Source: Lytechinus pictus | Lineage: Eukaryota | Assembly (NCBI RefSeq): GCF_037042905.1 | Contig: NC_087247.1 | Coordinates: 13,330,001-13,394,000 of the forward strand | Reading direction: 5' to 3' | Length of the DNA stretch: 64,000 nt | In this document: piece by piece, positions 24,261 through 38,672 of the stretch | How the letters are laid out: each line of letters opens with the position of its first letter | Position numbering within the stretch: the first letter of the stretch is position 1 | Notes under the pieces: model-generated | Database searches by the model: none | What the model was told of the DNA's origin: nothing | The model's input: only the letters and a program-made list of their open reading frames with translations | Position numbers and translations under genes: made by a program

Positions 24261-27200
24261 GCAAGTAGTTTGTTTCCACTTGGTCTACAACAAGCAGTTG
24301 ATCTTCTTCTCACACAGTCAAATACCACATGGGCTAAACCCCTTTGGTCTATGGTCAGTTTGAACTAATTACCGGTACCATTCGTCTACACTACACTTTG
24401 CCAAATTCTCATTTTACTCTAATGCAAAGATGGTTTAATTTTCACTTACATGTAGTCTACTTTTTATTTTGCACTTTGTCAAAGAAAAGCTTAGACTAGA
24501 GAGACAAAACATTGTATTGTATTATATTGCATTGTATTCCAAATTATCAAAACACTACTTTTCAGCTGTCTTATATTTCTGCCAAATGATAGTAAGAGTT
24601 ATACATTTAATAACAATGACTGGTGGAAATATCATAGAATTTTCCATCCTACCAGTAGATTTTCTTAGAAATGGTACTACACATTATTCATATAATACTG
24701 GGAATAAGGCTTGACTATTGAGGTCAAAATATATGTATTTTAAATACATACTGTATATAAATTGTATATATTTCAAGAATGTGTGTACATGCATGAGATT
24801 GTATAACAATCATTTCATCTCCCATATTTGATGGATTCAGAATATTTAGGTCTTTTCAATCAAATTTCTATATTTCATATTTGTATATTATTGTAGGATT
24901 GACATTGATATTGTATTTTATAAGATATTGTATGATGTGATTGGATCTCTCATTGCAAGAACAGTTTTTTACATTACAAGGAATTTAATTTTTTTAATTT
25001 TTGATTTTCTAAGGCGATAAAAAATCAAAATCTCAATCTGTTAAACTTATTTTTTACATTATATTATACATATATATATATAAGGTCATTAATTAATGAG
25101 ATGATTACTTTCAAATCAATTCCTACAAACCTGTTGAGCATACTAGTATATACTTGTTCGTTATTTAACTTAACTCTTTTACATATGTGAGTGCAGTAGA
25201 TCTTTGCATGACATAAATCCTCATATTTCTTTTCATTACAACATGAAAACTACAGAAATTTGCTTTATTTATTGAAATCATCTCATTATCTAAATAACCA
25301 ATCAAGTGTGAACATTGTAATAAATAAACTATCTTCTATTTTCAACTTTAATCTGTTCAAATGTGCCTCCTCTGTTGTAACATGGTGTATCATAGATAAT
25401 AAGATAATGATGTTTTAGGTTAATGTTTTATTAAAATATACTCTAAATGTTCAAATTTGGAGGTTCATGTACCTTGGGCCAAGTGGTCAATGGCATCTGA
25501 CAACACTTAAAAAGTCCTGGGTTCGAAACCTGGCCACATTATCATTGCTCTTTCAAACCTTTCGGATGGTGAGGTTAAAAGTCGGTCCAAGATGTAAAAA
25601 AAAATCATATCTCATTCATACACGTCTGTAAAAACTCAATAACACTCATGGATCCCTCAAAGACATTAACTAAAAATGGGCATGGGTGCCTTAAAAGATG
25701 AAAGGTAGTCACTTTGTCCAGGATTCAATTTCACCTTTCAAGCTACTGCAAAACTTTAGGTCAGGCAGGTTTTATATAGAGGTCTACCATACACAGTCTA
25801 TCCTGTCTATTATAGCCACACAAGGGAAACAGAAAAAGTAACAACTGATAACGGGTGGACTTTATAGACGGGTTCTTGTAACACATATTCCTTCCAATGG
25901 GAGACAATTATGGTGGCCACTAAAGACAGGTTTGTATGATGTAGAAAGGTAGCCGTTTGGACTGTATCAAGATATTTATGATAGAAATTCACTTCTCAAT
26001 AGCATACCACCATACTTCTGGTTGACATACATGTAGTTCTGTATGTTTGAGTGTGAGGGTGTGTGTGTTTCACATTGCTGCTCCATCTTTCATGTGCTCT
26101 ACCTGCTGGGCACTCTCATGCATGGTGTATGTCAAACCTCTATTATATTTCTTCTTTTTCACGCAGTTCAATGACTTCCATTTTGTCTAAAACTTTGATG
26201 TACTGTTGATTATATACTTGGAATAATACATGTACCTTTCATTCCTTCACAAGCTATAATATTAATTAATATAACTACAAGAATTATTGACAAAAACACA
26301 TAGTTTGATTTTGGTTAATTGGTTAAACTATTTATTAATTATACCTTTCTTCCAAACTTATTTCATTGAGTAGTTTGCATCAGAAAAGATCTTTAACATA
26401 TATAGTATATCTCAAATAAAATCCATTAGTACAATTAGCATGATGCTGGGCTTCGCACCGTAATACTAAAATCATTTTAAGTCATGAATCACGATCACCA
26501 CAAGGGTCAAGTTTGATTTTGAATGTCAACATCTGATTTAAATTACGGAAGTGCATACCATCTTGGTTTCAATCTGGCTACAAACTATGATCGCTGTCAA
26601 GCCATGAAGCTACATTAAATGCTAGTAAACATTAACGTTTCCTATCATTTGCTCTCTGACCATCTTGATACTGATGATACCAAAACGACGATAGGCCATC
26701 TATTATCAATGTAATCAATGAAATGTATACTTGTATTTTTAACTTTGTAATTCACATGCAATTCAGTTTATTAACTGCAATATGTAGATAATTTTAATGA
26801 ATACCATTTATCTATCTACCTTCTATCTATTATTTCAGCTTGAGTCAAGCCAACAAATATGTAGTGATAATATTATGCCATTAAAGAATGATAGGCTTAT
26901 CCCTAAGTAAGTCTCAATTAATGTTGGTGGTTTTTAATAAGATAAATGGAAGACATGAAGTAGATTGTACATATGAATTTATTCACATGATATTTACAGG
27001 TTCCAGTAAGAGAAGAATACCAACAATAATTGGTTAGTAGTACTGTAGAATATAGTAGTGTACAGCCAATTTCATTGTCCATGGAACATACTTTTAATAG
27101 TGGAATTTCTATTTTCTAACATCTATAACTTGTTTCTAATTGATTGCAAATATATTGTAACTGTCACACCAATGGAACAAACTATAAAACCGACTGTGAT

Positions 27201-27778
27201 ATATCATATGGTATATTGAATTTGACATAATGGCTTTTGTCAGTCAGTACTTGATTTCACCAGTGGAACTGTGCATGTTAGCATTGCACAGTTTAAACAA
27301 CCTTCTGAAGCTTTCCATGGCTGGTAAAGAAGCTTCACGGTACATCAAGTATTCCTTTGGGGATATGTGTTTGGTTCTGAAAAGGACCATCCAAACTCAA
27401 TGATTCAACAGTACGTTCTTGTCCTTTTCAGGAGAATGAGCACGGTTTGTAAAAGCAAGGTAGCTATTGCATAGTTTTGCAGTTAGCTTTGAAGTCAGTC
27501 AGTTGGATTGAATTTTACAATGTCGAGAGTATGTTGACTTATTGTAATTCAAGCAACAGTATGGAATACTGTACAGTACATACCACATATTCAACCTACA
27601 GATATTTTCACAATTGAGAAAAACAGGGGAGTGAGTATGGATTTAATTTCAATGCACTTTTAATGTTTCCATTACTATGAATAAGCATAAATTGATGTGG
27701 AAACTTAAGCATTTTACAGACTCCCGAAGTTTGTGATAATAGAACCACTGCAAAAAATTACCATGTATACAGTAACTG

Positions 27779-27951
27779 GGGGCCGTTTCATAAAGCTGTT
27801 CGTAAGTTAGGAGCGACTTTAAGAACGACTGGTGAACATTTCTTACGTGGTAAGCCATATCGCCGATGAATTTACCATTTACCACAAGGAAAGATCACCA
27901 GTCGTTCTTAAAGTCGCTCTTAACTTACAAACAGCTTCATGAAACACCCAC
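27779..27951. mobile_element. Palindromic MITE with CWG target (PIF/Harbinger-like)
   Basis: ~55-bp inverted arms, CTG on both sides. Relatives at 3591-3717 and 62316-62494. Confidence 0.8.
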
Positions 27952-28888
27952 CTGGAGTTGTAAGTAATAAGGAATGTTTTGTTACTGGTATTTTTTTAAT
28001 TGCAAAATAAATGAACTTCAAATACATGAATACAAAAGATATAAATAAATATTGTTTGAAATATTTTCTAGTTCTCATACAATTATCCATTGTATAATTG
28101 GTACAATTTTGATTCATTACTCAAATAGCATTCTGAAACATATCCAATATATAACCAGCCACATACTACAAGCGCCATTCATGTAGGCTAACCTTTTGGA
28201 GTGACTTCAGTCCCATTTTCACTTAACATGCATTTGATGCATTGACAAGACATATTACATTCAAGAAAGTCTTGACCTAAGACACTGATTTGAAGTAAAA
28301 ATAGTACAATTCTTATACCACAATGCGGCTGGCCCAATGATGACAGTCAATCTTACTCTATTGGTTTTAAAAGTGGCCAGAACAATTTAAAGCCTCTTAC
28401 ATGTAAGTGCTATGCAAAGTAAAGCATGAAAAAGGCCCGGCTCCTCACATTATAAACCATCCCTTGTCTACATGTTAAGCAGCTTAGGGTGCAAAATATA
28501 CATATCAAATATTTTAAACATTATCAGTAACAAAGAAAATGATAATCACTAATCTGTCGTCCGGTTTAACTTAAACCAAGGTCTAACTCGGTGATAAAAT
28601 TATGGGAAGCCATTTATCTCAAAATTCTATTCTCACTGTATGTTTCCTAAATTTACCTGCAGATTTTTCCTCAAGCTTATGGTGAAGAAAACTAGTTTGG
28701 TGATTATTCCTAGACAGTCATGAATGATACAACTGATAAATCCAACCTGTAATGTTAGAGATATGTATCGCAATTAGCTATCCATAGTTACACCACATCC
28801 TAAGACCAGAGCTAAAATTAAACCCGACTTGAGAATATGTGGCAATATGATTAGAAAAATAAAAGATAAAACAGTACAAACATTGACG

Positions 28889-31800
28889 CTACCTCTCCAG
28901 ATTGGCTTTCTGTATGGCATCTTGTACGCTGCCTCTCAGCGATTGGATCACCTGTTTTGGGTTGTCACTCTTCATAATAGCGCTGCCTGACACGATCATG
29001 TTAGCTCCCGCCTGCATGAGAGGAATACATATTGAGAAATTGAAAGAATCTGCAATACATTATCTTCTGTCTTTACCTTACCTTGAACAGAATAATATTG
29101 TAACAATTTTCATGTGTCTCACTGTCAAAACGGATGAAAACAAAAAATCTTTAATGTTTGAACTATACTATTGGATGTCGAGACTGAAAAATATTTAAGT
29201 CTTAAGAGTCTCATCCAATTCCTTAGATATCTTTTTTCATAATAGTATTCAAAATTAAATTTAATCACATACTTGTAGCCATCAATAATACCTGAAATAA
29301 CAAAAGCTTAACTTTTGGATCCTCTTGGGACAGTGACGATTTAAAAAATGGGATGATATGAAATGATGTTTGAATGTTTGTATGGTGGTACAGAAAATCA
29401 CTTGAGTGGTTTATGGTACACCATGCGGTGAGTCATAGAAGGACTGAGAAAAGTGGATAGAGGTACATGTAGATATGAAATGGAGAGATGAGAATATGGA
29501 AGGTTGGAAAGTTGAGCATTCTTTTCTGAAAATGAGGGACTGTAACCCAGAAAAGTTGAGACTCTTGAGTAGTTGGAGAGATGAGAGCAGGCTGGCTTGA
29601 GTTGGCGTGTGGAATTGCAGAGCAGGAGAGAAGAATTAACGATTGGGTAGGTTGAAAGATCGTCTCAAACTCCGAATACAGTCTCCAACTTCAGGACTTG
29701 ACATCCGTCTCCAAATACTCAAGCCTTGTTAAAGCCTGATTCTATTTATCACAATGAGCAACATTTATGAGAGACAATTTTTTGAATCAAGGTAAACTGT
29801 AGTTATGTCGACATAGGAACAATAACCTAGTTTTCAAGAATAAAGGATCTCACCTCTGCTACGGTGTCAATAGTAGAAAGGCCTACTCCTCCATCCACTT
29901 CAATGTCTAGACTCTTGTACATCTCTCTCAATTTCTTCACCTGTAAGTAAATGCAAAGATTGAATTATACACTACAGATACATGAAGTAGTGGCAGTGAA
30001 CAATGATTTCACAAGAATTGAGTAAGATTAACTGTCACGATATCATTGTGGATCTAGATCCAGGATAGTGACATCAACTGAACATTGTGATCTCATGAAA
30101 TCTTAGCTGAAAAGAGATCAGACTGTAAATCAGAAACACAGATAAGAACATGTCAGACAGTGTAATATCATTACTTAACTAGAAAAAAACTAATATGCTT
30201 GAATCACATGCTCATTTTGCTAAAATCTAAGCAATTAATTAATTTCTTCCAGAATCCTTAGTTTGATATACTATTTTTTATTTATGCACACAGACACTTG
30301 AGTGATCACTTGATTTGGGAATTTATCTTTAAAACAAAACAAAAGAAATGGTAACAATGGCTCCTTGTGCATAATATAATAAGGATTACCTCCCCACTCC
30401 CCCCTTAAAAAAAATGTTGGATGCGAACAAAAAGGGAATCTGAACTCTGATTTGCTTTTCCTTTACATTGCTGAAGGTCAATCAAAGTTTCAATTTACTA
30501 TTAAGTTAACATAAGCTAAAGAAATTATAAAGTCAAGAAACCATTCTTTATATGGCAAAGGTACGATACTAATTTAACTTTTACATGGGTAAAGATATAG
30601 TAATGTTGGTTTTTAACAATACCTTGGGCATCATATCACCCATGAACTTCTGTCCTCCGAATCCAGGTTCCACCGTCATGACAAGAACCATATTAACGTC
30701 TTCAACATAGGGAAGAACTACATCTATAGGGGTAGCTGGCTTCACTGCTATACCAACCTATTAGAGAATGGAAGTATTTAGATGCTTCATGAAGGCCATG
30801 TTGACATTTTCTCCCAATGGCAATATGATAGTTATGGGAGTATCTGATGTTAGCAACCTAAAACAGCATTATTCTGGAAAATGAGGATAAAGATCTAAAG
30901 CATAGGACATCAACAGGAGGGCTGCATGATATTGAGTAGTGTGGTATTTCATTATTGTCAGCACTAAGCAGAATCAAGGCAATATACTGTCCCAAATGAA
31001 CAGTTGGTCAAACAATGACAAGTAATATTCTCAATACAATACTACTTTTTAAAGCCAAGACTATCATGTGCAGAAAAGGGGAATATAATATTGATTAGGT
31101 ATGACATTTGTTTGACCCTTTTCCTAGGACCCAAGTGAGTTGGATTGGGGTAATGGAATGTCTGCATTTCACCACAATTCAAGGCGGATTTCTTGTCGGA
31201 AACACATCAAAACCTCAACTGTTACAATATCGTAATGGGCGATATAGCATGGATCCAATATCATGGTAGGACGGTTAGTTCGACATTTGGTTTCTTTTTT
31301 AAGTTTGGTCATTCACTAAAATTATAAAGTAAATTATAAAGTTGCAGCTTTGCAATTACATTTCTATGTTATCATCACATCTTTCAGTCTACATCAGAAG
31401 CAAGGTAACTCCTGGGGGGGGGGGCAAAAGACAGTACACGGCGATAGGTTTGCATTGAAAATGAGTAGAATTACATTAACAGTCATGGATATGTGTACAT
31501 ACCTTCATGCCAGCCTCCTTGATACGATGAATAACCATCTTAGGATCATCTGTGGCTTCTACATGGAAGGTATATTGATCAGCTCCAGCGCTCCTCATTG
31601 GCTCTATCCACTAAAGAATAAAAAAAGATAAAAAGATACAAAGGAAATTAAATCATGCATCATGTATAAACAGGTAAAAAGTGCTTTATAAATCCAGCTA
31701 CATTATTATTGTTATCATTATTATCAAACACATGCGGGCAAGCAGCGGCGTAAATCTGGAAGGGGGGGTGATAGCAATATATCCCGCAGAAAAATCCAAA

Positions 31801-34800
31801 CTTCATGGGCACCCCCATATCAAGGACAATGTACAGTACACAGGGGTACATAAAACATGCACATAATACTATATATCATAATTTTGGTGATGGCAATTAA
31901 GGAGAATCATAATTGTTCATTTTCAAAAGCTGTTTTAATGGTTTGTTGTGACATGAAACTACATTTACATTTAGAGGGCTGACCATGACTCTGAATATGC
32001 AAGCGAGCAAAACAAGGGAGAAAATTTTTGGTAGTTGAAAAACTGGATTGTGTCCAGTATGTGAGAAAGTGAAAGCCTTCAAAATATACCTCCAATAATG
32101 CGAGCAAGCGTAGTGAGCGAGCCTTTAAAAAGTTGCTTCAGTCGTCTTTGATAATGTGCACCTATTAAGCAGGAAAACAAGGGGTCACTTAACAATGGGA
32201 AGAAAGAAAAAAAGGAAACAGAAAAATTGTACTCTGAAACTGCGCAATTAAAGGAGAATGAAACCCTTGAAACCAGCTGAATCCATATCAAAGAGAAAAA
32301 TCAAAGAAACATATTGTTGAAAGTTTGAGGAAGATTGAATGAATAATAAGAAAGTTATGAGCATTTGAATATTGAGATCACTAGTGCCATGTAGATCCTC
32401 CCATCGGCAATGCGACCAAGATCTGTGATATCACACACGTACAACTCCCTCATTACTTTAGTACTTATTTCACGTATATTCTCACTTTTATAGAGTCTAT
32501 CACAAGGTGAGGTGTTCTCTTTATGAGATGACAAGTACAGAGGTTTCACAACATTATATCATTGATGAATCGTTTGTCATATGATTAGAATGAGCAAAAA
32601 GATATGTTTTGGGGTATATTTTCAGTGTCCAAATGGGAGAGTTGTACGTGTGAGACATCACAGATCTTGGTCGCATTGCCGATGGGAGGATCTCCATAGC
32701 ATTAGTGATCTCGACATTCAAATGCTCATAACTCTTTTATTGCTAGTCCTATTTTACTCAAAGTTTTGTTGATCTTATTCTTTGATTTTTCTGCTTTCAC
32801 AAAAGCTAACTTGCTCCAAGAGTTTCATTCTCCTTTAAGGACTTGACAGCCAAAAATTGTCCAATGAGAACCCATTTACTCAATGGTTCAAGGTAAGACT
32901 GAGAATGGAAGATGGGCTCACAATTATCAGGAATAAGTGTGATTCATGAAAGGAATCATAGAAAACATTACAAAACTTCCCAAAAAAAGTGGATAAAGCA
33001 CATTGATTATGCGTCTAGGGGTGCAAAATTGGGCCAATTGAAGCACTTTATCAGCATCTAAAGTTAAATTCACGCATTACAAGTAGTTTATTAGTGTCTT
33101 GAAAAGTTGAGGATGTTTAGACAGGCTACCCCCTCCCCCCAGATTTACACCAGGCAAGATCCAAAGGTAAGTGAGGGTAACATATTTTATCATAAAAAAT
33201 ATTAAGAATGATAGACTTTACTGGGAAGACAACAAATGTGACAGATTTATCATATTAATCCCATTGGGATTTTTCAGACCTTGTTTTTCAGGTGCGGCGG
33301 GATAAATCTCATAAAGATCCTAGGATATTTCAAATTAACCTAGCCTCAAATGTATTTTTTAATTCTTACAAAATTGTTTGAAACTCAATTAACTATACCT
33401 TTTCTGGACTGAGAACCATCATATGCATGTCTGCAAAAGAAAAATAGATTGACAAAGTGAATTAGGAAATGAGCATGATGAAAATGCAGGAAAATTAAGA
33501 GTTTTCTTGACCACAACCCCCCCCCCCCATCCTCTCTAATGTCCACAGCATGCATGACATGCATTGATAGCACACAAATCAATGTAAAGAAAATAATTAT
33601 TCATATTAATTATTAAGACTACATTCAATAATCAAAGATAAGTTAACAAATACTTACCAAAAAATGCACTGGTGATCTTTTCTCTCAGACACTTGACAAC
33701 AGGATGGCCAAATGTTAAATTTGGAACAAAATGGCTGGAAAGCAAACGTTATAAAGCAATTATTCTGGGATGTAGTAGAGGCCAGCCTTAAGGCCAAATT
33801 ATGCCGGCCTTGAACTTCTTGGGTTCCAAGGTTCCCAATAATATCACCCTCAATTGATAAACCACAGCGATCACCAGTCTTAAGGCCTTATCTCTTGTCT
33901 GACATGCATGTATAAAATCATCAACTTCAGAACTGCAAAGTGCATAACCCAGGCAAGTCAAAATTTGTTTCTAACATTGTGTGAGACAAAAAAGAAAAAA
34001 AGTAATGAAACATTGTTCAAAGCAAATTGTTGGAATTCAAACCTCTTGCATGATACATCATACAAATGAAAAAGGTTTCCAGTTATAATGCACCATCTAC
34101 CCATCATCGTTTCAGAACTTCTTGACACTCTTCCCAGTGGTTCACTTAATTATCCCAGAATAGCAGCTTCCTGCATGAGCTGCAAAAGAGATTACTGGGT
34201 AAGTCCACCATGCTGGGTTAAAAAATACAAGATGTCGATGTAACTTGGCTATCAACTATTCTATTTCACAGTGAAGACCAATCCAGATGTGGCTCAGATT
34301 TCATGTGTCAACGTGAGGAAGGTCTCCAACCATAATAATTCATCTCTACTGGATTTGTTGAACTTAGAATATCTTTTAACCAACGTTACATGGATATCAC
34401 ATTTATATATCATTGGCAATAGATTTTCAGGTCTGAAGGTGCAACTAGGCCTGGGAGTAAACAACGATTGATCAAATGGTTCGATTCCAGATGTCGACTA
34501 GTCTCCCAAAACAGACCCAGTTATAGGTTCAAATGATAAGAAATTGTAATTCTGAGAGGTAATTCAAATGAAAAATATTTTGCAAAATATTTTTAACATC
34601 GTGGGCAGTATCGCAGGTGAGGGTTGGGGCATGGTGTGGGCAATGGATGACATTTTACAATTTAAGTAAAAAGCACCATATACGTGTCTGTCTACAGAGA
34701 CGTAAATTGGACACAAGACTGTAGGCTGTTTCATTCAAATGCAGGGGTGTTGCACTTGGAGGGATGCATAATTGATATGGGATAGATTTTTCATGGGAAC

Positions 34801-35274
34801 AATAAAGTGAAAGTTTTAATCTCATTTCATATAGTTTCTTTTGAAATAGAAATCAAAGAGAAGGGGGAATAAAAGGCTTACTTTTTAGGCATAGTACTCT
34901 ATGTTCAATAATTGAAAAAACCTATTCGGGAGGTCTTCACAAGTAGGTCAAGTGGTCAACTATTGGCTTAGAAAACGTGATTCCTGACGAACAATCGACT
35001 GATTCGATTGTTTTTTCAGGAAATAATCGAATGGTAAAATTGACATTCGTCCCAGGCCTAGTTGCAACACATCATGATGTTTAATTAGTAAAATTTTTTG
35101 CTGAAAGAACTTTAGACGAGAGTGAACAAACAACTAAAGTTACCCATCCATGACATCAAGATGTAGATAGTCAGCTCCACTGTCCATCATCCTGTGACAT
35201 TCATCAGCCAAGGATGAAAGGTCAGAGTTCAATATAGAAGGTCCAATCTTGCACTCATAGTGGGCACTAGCCAT
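28889..35274 (-). CDS. RPE: Ribulose-phosphate 3-epimerase, 7 coding exons, 230 aa
   Basis: Exons 35274-35144, 33734-33658, 33430-33399, 31610-31503, 30757-30623, 29940-29854, 29011-28889 (693 nt). Motifs [56 protein letters not shown] and [12 protein letters not shown] probable non-coding first exon ends near 38089. Confidence 0.96.
32252..32834. mobile_element. Kolobok-like MITE with TTAA TSD and ~200-bp inverted arms
   Basis: TTAA|AGGAGAATGAAAC ... GTTTCATTCTCCT|TTAA, with inner arms gatcctcccatcggcaatgcgaccaagatctgtg and its reverse complement. A related right end lies at 1-80. Confidence 0.82.
34446..35060. mobile_element. Non-autonomous hAT-type element
   Basis: TIR TAGGCCTGGGA/TCCCAGGCCTA; 8-bp TSD GGTGCAAC/GTTGCAAC (7/8 match). 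Confidence 0.75.
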
Positions 35275-36730
35275 CTTTCACCAACCTTGATCAGACCTGG
35301 TCCTGGAATGGGAGTTTAAAACATTTAAAACATGTTACATGGCGAACATATCTAACAAATCTAACAAAGTTCATTTAGATTCATCAGTCCTATAGAGTGC
35401 AGTGTACGAGTATGGGTCTTACTTTAATAGTCTTAGCATTTGACATCCCAGTTACATCCAAGGCTTGAATGTCAGGGTCACAAACTCAAGACAATAGAGA
35501 AACATTAATGTAATTTTTTTTAGATCATTGCCAATAATTGCATTGCAATGAACTCTCAATAGCTATCTGTATTACTACATGTACATATCAATATATGCAT
35601 TTCTGTGTGTAGTATGTTTAAGAAATTTTAGAACAAAAAATATTGCTGAAAAGCTTAACATGTCGAATCTTGGGCATGTTACTCTACTTTTTTATATTTC
35701 TTTTATATTTGTTTAAAAATCAATTGTCCTTCAATCCTTATAATCCTCTTTCATTTTTCTTACTTTCAATTTCCTTTCCCTTTCATCTTCCCTTCCTTCT
35801 TTCATTCTTTTTCATTTCTCCGCTTTTTGTTTCTTTCCTTTCAATTTTTCTTTAGATTCTAGCTATTTTTATTTCTTTTCTTTTTTATTACTTTATTTAG
35901 ATCGATTTATCTATTTTGTATCTATTCTATTTATTTATTTATTCCTTCCTTACCAGACAACAAAAATCCCCTTGTAAAGTCAAAGAAGAGTTTTTCCAGT
36001 GGTCCCAGCTCCCCTACCGCTCTCCTTACAAATTCTAGATGACTAATTGCTCCCCTCATAATTATAAATATAAAAAACAAGTCCCTGATGAGTCAATGGA
36101 AAGGCAAGTTAATACAGTATGTTAAGGTCTATTATTTTTTAGAGGCGCAGATATTTTTTGACGTCTTGCGAGGTTGTTCCAAAGAGACAAAATATTCAAA
36201 CTGAATATTTTGCCTCGCCCACAAGCTTATCATTGGTTAATAAATGTGTGCATGAAGCTATTGTTACGTCACATGCATTGCGTATTAGTTGCCAGGTGTG
36301 GTCAAGGAGCGACAATTTATTGAATTCAAATTCGCTTGCACTATACGCTAGCGCAACTTTACTTTATTCCAGAGATTTCTTTTATAAATGACAATACTCA
36401 GGCGCCATGCTCATGATTTACAGGATTGCCATAATTTAATGGTTACTAAGTACATTTTTTTTGCATCATTACTTTATGTTTAGCTTTGTGAGGGTAGACT
36501 AGGCCTATTAATCGGATGACCAATTTTCGAGGGATGCATAGAAATAGTTACTTGCTGAAGAACATTAATATTTCTTCAGCTTGTACCATATTTCTTTGCA
36601 TCCCACTCAAGGCCATCCAATATTCCCTAAACGTTTTATAGGCAATTGAATTTGTGGCGTTTTTCTGAATAAACGTGTGATAGCGCAGCCTAGCCGTAGA
36701 CGTAGTAGCGGATATAGCGTAAACGTTCAG

Positions 36731-37801
36731 GGGCCCGTTTCTCAACACCGTCATAAGTCTAACTTCTTGACTAAATCGGAGATAGTGAGCTACTTGTCCG
36801 CTAACCGTTTCACGAAGCCCTCTTTACCAAGATCGGGTACAACAACCTCACTAAATATTTATGACACCTCGGAACCTGTCTTAACTTCTTTCTTAATGAC
36901 GTAGTGGCATTACGTGGGTAGACTATGACATGCGAAAGTGCCTAGAAATTTTGAAATTATAATCTTACGTAAACAATCATAGTGGTTGAAATTATATCAC
37001 AAAACAAGTGGGTTAATGCATTCAATGATAATTGTAATACAAAGAAACTATAAAAACTGTTGGTAAACGCCACAAAACCATTCATTTTGAAATAGTAAAA
37101 TGATTTAATCGATAAAGATTCTACCACATCAGGCCATCCATAACTGAACTAGTATTTGTTGTTTTCAGACCCCTATTAACAGTTGGATGAATTCTATCTC
37201 TAATTTATGCATATAATTTGTCCAATATCGTATCTTTCGGTATCAATGATTAAAAATGTTTCGTTAAAACTATATTTTGACGACGTTTGGAATCGTAAAA
37301 GTCTGTATAATTATCACCATTTTACAAAGAAAACCGTTATGGTTTACTTTCGTAAACTATTAAAATTGGGTCTGCCGGCTGCCGGGGGTACCCATCTCAA
37401 CGTCCACAGACCACAAGTGATTTTTAGTCATGAAATGAATTATTCATAATTTAATTTTCTCTGCAATTGAATGCTCCAGTCTTCATGGTCTAAATATGTA
37501 TGATGCATAATTCACCTGTGCTATTATTTTGAAAATATTTATTTCCCAATTCATCATAATATTTGCAATTTTGTCATAATTTTTCTTTTTGAAAATTATG
37601 CTATTTTGTGACTATGTCTATGGCTACATGAAAAAGTACATCTCGTCTGCTCTTTTTACCGATAGTATCGATATCAAGGTATTATTATTAATTTCTAGTT
37701 AGGAAGCCTTTCGAGAAACAGGTTTAGTAAGATTGGAACTAAACTCCGTGGTTGGTGGATAAATAAAGATATGACTTGTCCATGTGTTGAGAAACGGGCC
37801 C
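36731..37801. mobile_element. Non-autonomous PIF/Harbinger-like element (1.07 kb)
   Basis: Perfect 18-bp TIR GGGCCCGTTTCTCAACAC/GTGTTGAGAAACGGGCCC with a 3-bp TSD CAG. Confidence 0.85.
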
Positions 37802-38129
37802 CAGACAGTGAACTTCCGCGATATCGCAGGAGATGCGAGGTAACCTCGCACAACAACTCAGCGATATAGCTCCTTGGCAAATTTGAACGATGTTATCACG
37901 GAAACGTGACTTGTCAATGCAACATGTGTGAATAAAAATCTCACACGTCGATAATGCAGATAGCGTCCATCTTGCGCAGCAGTGAGCTCAGCGGAAACAA
38001 AGTCTCACAGGCTTTTGATCTTAATGTTAACTTAAACTGTAGATGTAACCGTACGGTACCGGTACCTGTAATAGGGTGACTTTACTTACAACAGCAGAGA
38101 ATGAAATGAAAGCTTAGTTCCCCGCGCGG

Positions 38130-38670
38130 CTCGTAAGAAATCGACAGTCGTCAAAAACAACTCCTTGGTCTTGGACGATAGCTAACTCAAACAGTACCGT
38201 ATATACCGGTACCAGCCGGCGGTGTACGCCGGCGCACTGTACCGTGTACTTGGAAATGTAGCCGGCCGGCCGGCCGGCCGAGCAGCTAGCGCCGCACCAG
38301 CCGATCGACCGATCGACTGTGGAAAACACGTGGAGGGTTAAATCAGGAAGTTGGGTAAATCGAATATTTTGTAGGGGTGTAACTCTAATTTAACAATTTG
38401 TGTTTGTAATGAATATTGATTAAATTCTATATGATTCATTTATTAATGAAAAATATTGTACATTATCAGTTTTTCGCCGTATTCATTTTAAAACATTCAC
38501 ACAATTTTGTTTTGTAATGCATAAATAAAAACACCATTAATAGATATACCTATATAATTGCGCAATGTACGAAATGGAAACTTCCGACCAAACATTTGAT
38601 TTCGCAATACCGTACATGCATGCAGCGGAACATAAAGAAGAGTTATTTTGCTTCGTCAAGTTCGTGATCA
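38130..38670. promoter_or_regulatory. Probable bidirectional promoter for RPE (-) and DHX30 (+)
   Basis: CpG-rich patch (GCCGGCCGGCCG...) between the divergent first exons. ETS-like GGAAGT motifs in opposite orientations at ~38346 and ~38580. Confidence 0.55.
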
Positions 38671-38672
38671 AC

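Noticed and set aside
25474-25560. tRNA-like A/B boxes (also at 18901, 61346 and 62867)
   Set aside because: No complete cloverleaf; these are SINE heads, not tRNA genes.
27368-27437. Penelope-like terminal fragment resembling a hammerhead ribozyme (- strand)
   Set aside because: The core is decayed (CTGAAAA and GAAT instead of CTGANGA and GAAA), so it is unlikely to be active.
33768-33900. GC-richer hairpin ending in ACA on the - strand in an RPE intron (possible H/ACA RNA)
   Set aside because: No convincing two-hairpin/H-box layout, and it is very close to the acceptor.
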